Origin: Vermamoeba vermiformis
Lineage: Eukaryota
Direction of reading: 5' to 3'
DNA length: 64,000 nt
Assembly: GCA_045837725.1 (NCBI GenBank)
Contig: JBEWZL010000270.1
Location: 62,001 to 126,000, forward strand
The notes under the pieces were generated by a model, which had not been told where the DNA came from, did no database searches, and worked only from the letters and a program-made list of their open reading frames with translations. Positions 63,433 through 64,000 of this stretch are shown one piece after another. Position 1 is the first letter of the stretch, and each line of letters starts with the position of its first letter. The translations under genes were made by a program, and so were the position numbers.

Positions 63433-64000
63433 TTAATATCCGAACGAGCTCTTGAGCAAAATGACGTGCACTCTGCCAGGAGTAGCCCAAGGGCCAGCAT
63501 TGCGCAATGCGACTATAAATAACTCATATTAATATATTTCCATGTTATTGACGCGTTATCATCACTTACAGAAATAGTTGATGGCAGATCCAGGAACTCC
63601 GTAAGCTTTTCTGGCACGGGCGGATTCCAAGGGCAAAGCAAACTCATACGAGCGTCTACATACATAGAGTTAATAAAGATGATCTAACTGCACGTGCAAA
63701 AAGATATTTTGATCACTTACGCGACAGCATCCTCGTAGGTTGGGACGATCTTGTTCGATCCAGCTACAACGACAACATTCTTGGCAGAGTAAGCAAAGCC
63801 ACCAACACGAGTACCAGATGCATCAACAACGACCTGCGTAAACAATTCCGCATTAGATTTGATTCACTAAAGTGAGTTTCGCCGTGGATCCGTACCAGAT
63901 CACCCTCTTCACTGATCGCGGGCACACTCGACAAGAAATAATCAGCTGACATGCCCTCTCGTCGCTTATCAGCGGCCTTGATAGGGTCAGTCTCAGCCAA
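63433..64000 (-). CDS. LUD (lactate-utilisation)-domain protein, 3' part; the 5' end lies outside the window
   Basis: ADYFLSSVPAISEEGDLVVVDASGTRVG..AKNVVVVAGSNKIVP..A..R..LESARARKAYG..PGRVHVILL..FGY*, with 3 introns. Confidence 0.75.

Noticed and set aside
1-64000. CRISPR arrays, rRNA or tRNA genes, prokaryotic operons, alternative genetic code
   Set aside because: No repeat-spacer array or structural RNA recognised by eye; genes are spliced and translate with standard stops

Overview
AT-rich, gene-dense eukaryotic DNA with short GT-AG introns (mostly 50-200 bp) and the standard code; gene content suggests a protist, possibly an amoebozoan (inference). About 25 genes: EXOSC9, PPAN, ATP10, GSAP-like, ALDH3, IAH1-like, two TLDc/OXR1-like genes, a BAR-RhoGAP, a kelch protein, a purple acid phosphatase and several orphan secreted or membrane proteins. 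An accessory island at 26.5-33.9 kb holds a non-autonomous TIR element with an 8-bp TSD and a CpG-poor Crinkler-type NTPase/REase gene interrupted by an intact, intron-containing piggyBac element. Main findings: (1) a MYRF-like self-cleaving (peptidase S74/ICA) membrane protein with an LRR ectodomain, possibly a one-component receptor/transcription factor; (2) two intact F-box genes fused to catalytically dead enzyme folds (a kinase and an eEF1A-family GTPase); (3) a RhoGAP domain split by a 2.8-kb intron that holds in-frame alternative terminal exons; (4) a duplicated divergent cassette of a DUF1996 gene and a GPI-anchored Cys-rich gene; (5) a recurrent intronic palindrome TGACACGTGTCA. Gene models were spliced by hand and family calls come from motif recognition, not database searches.
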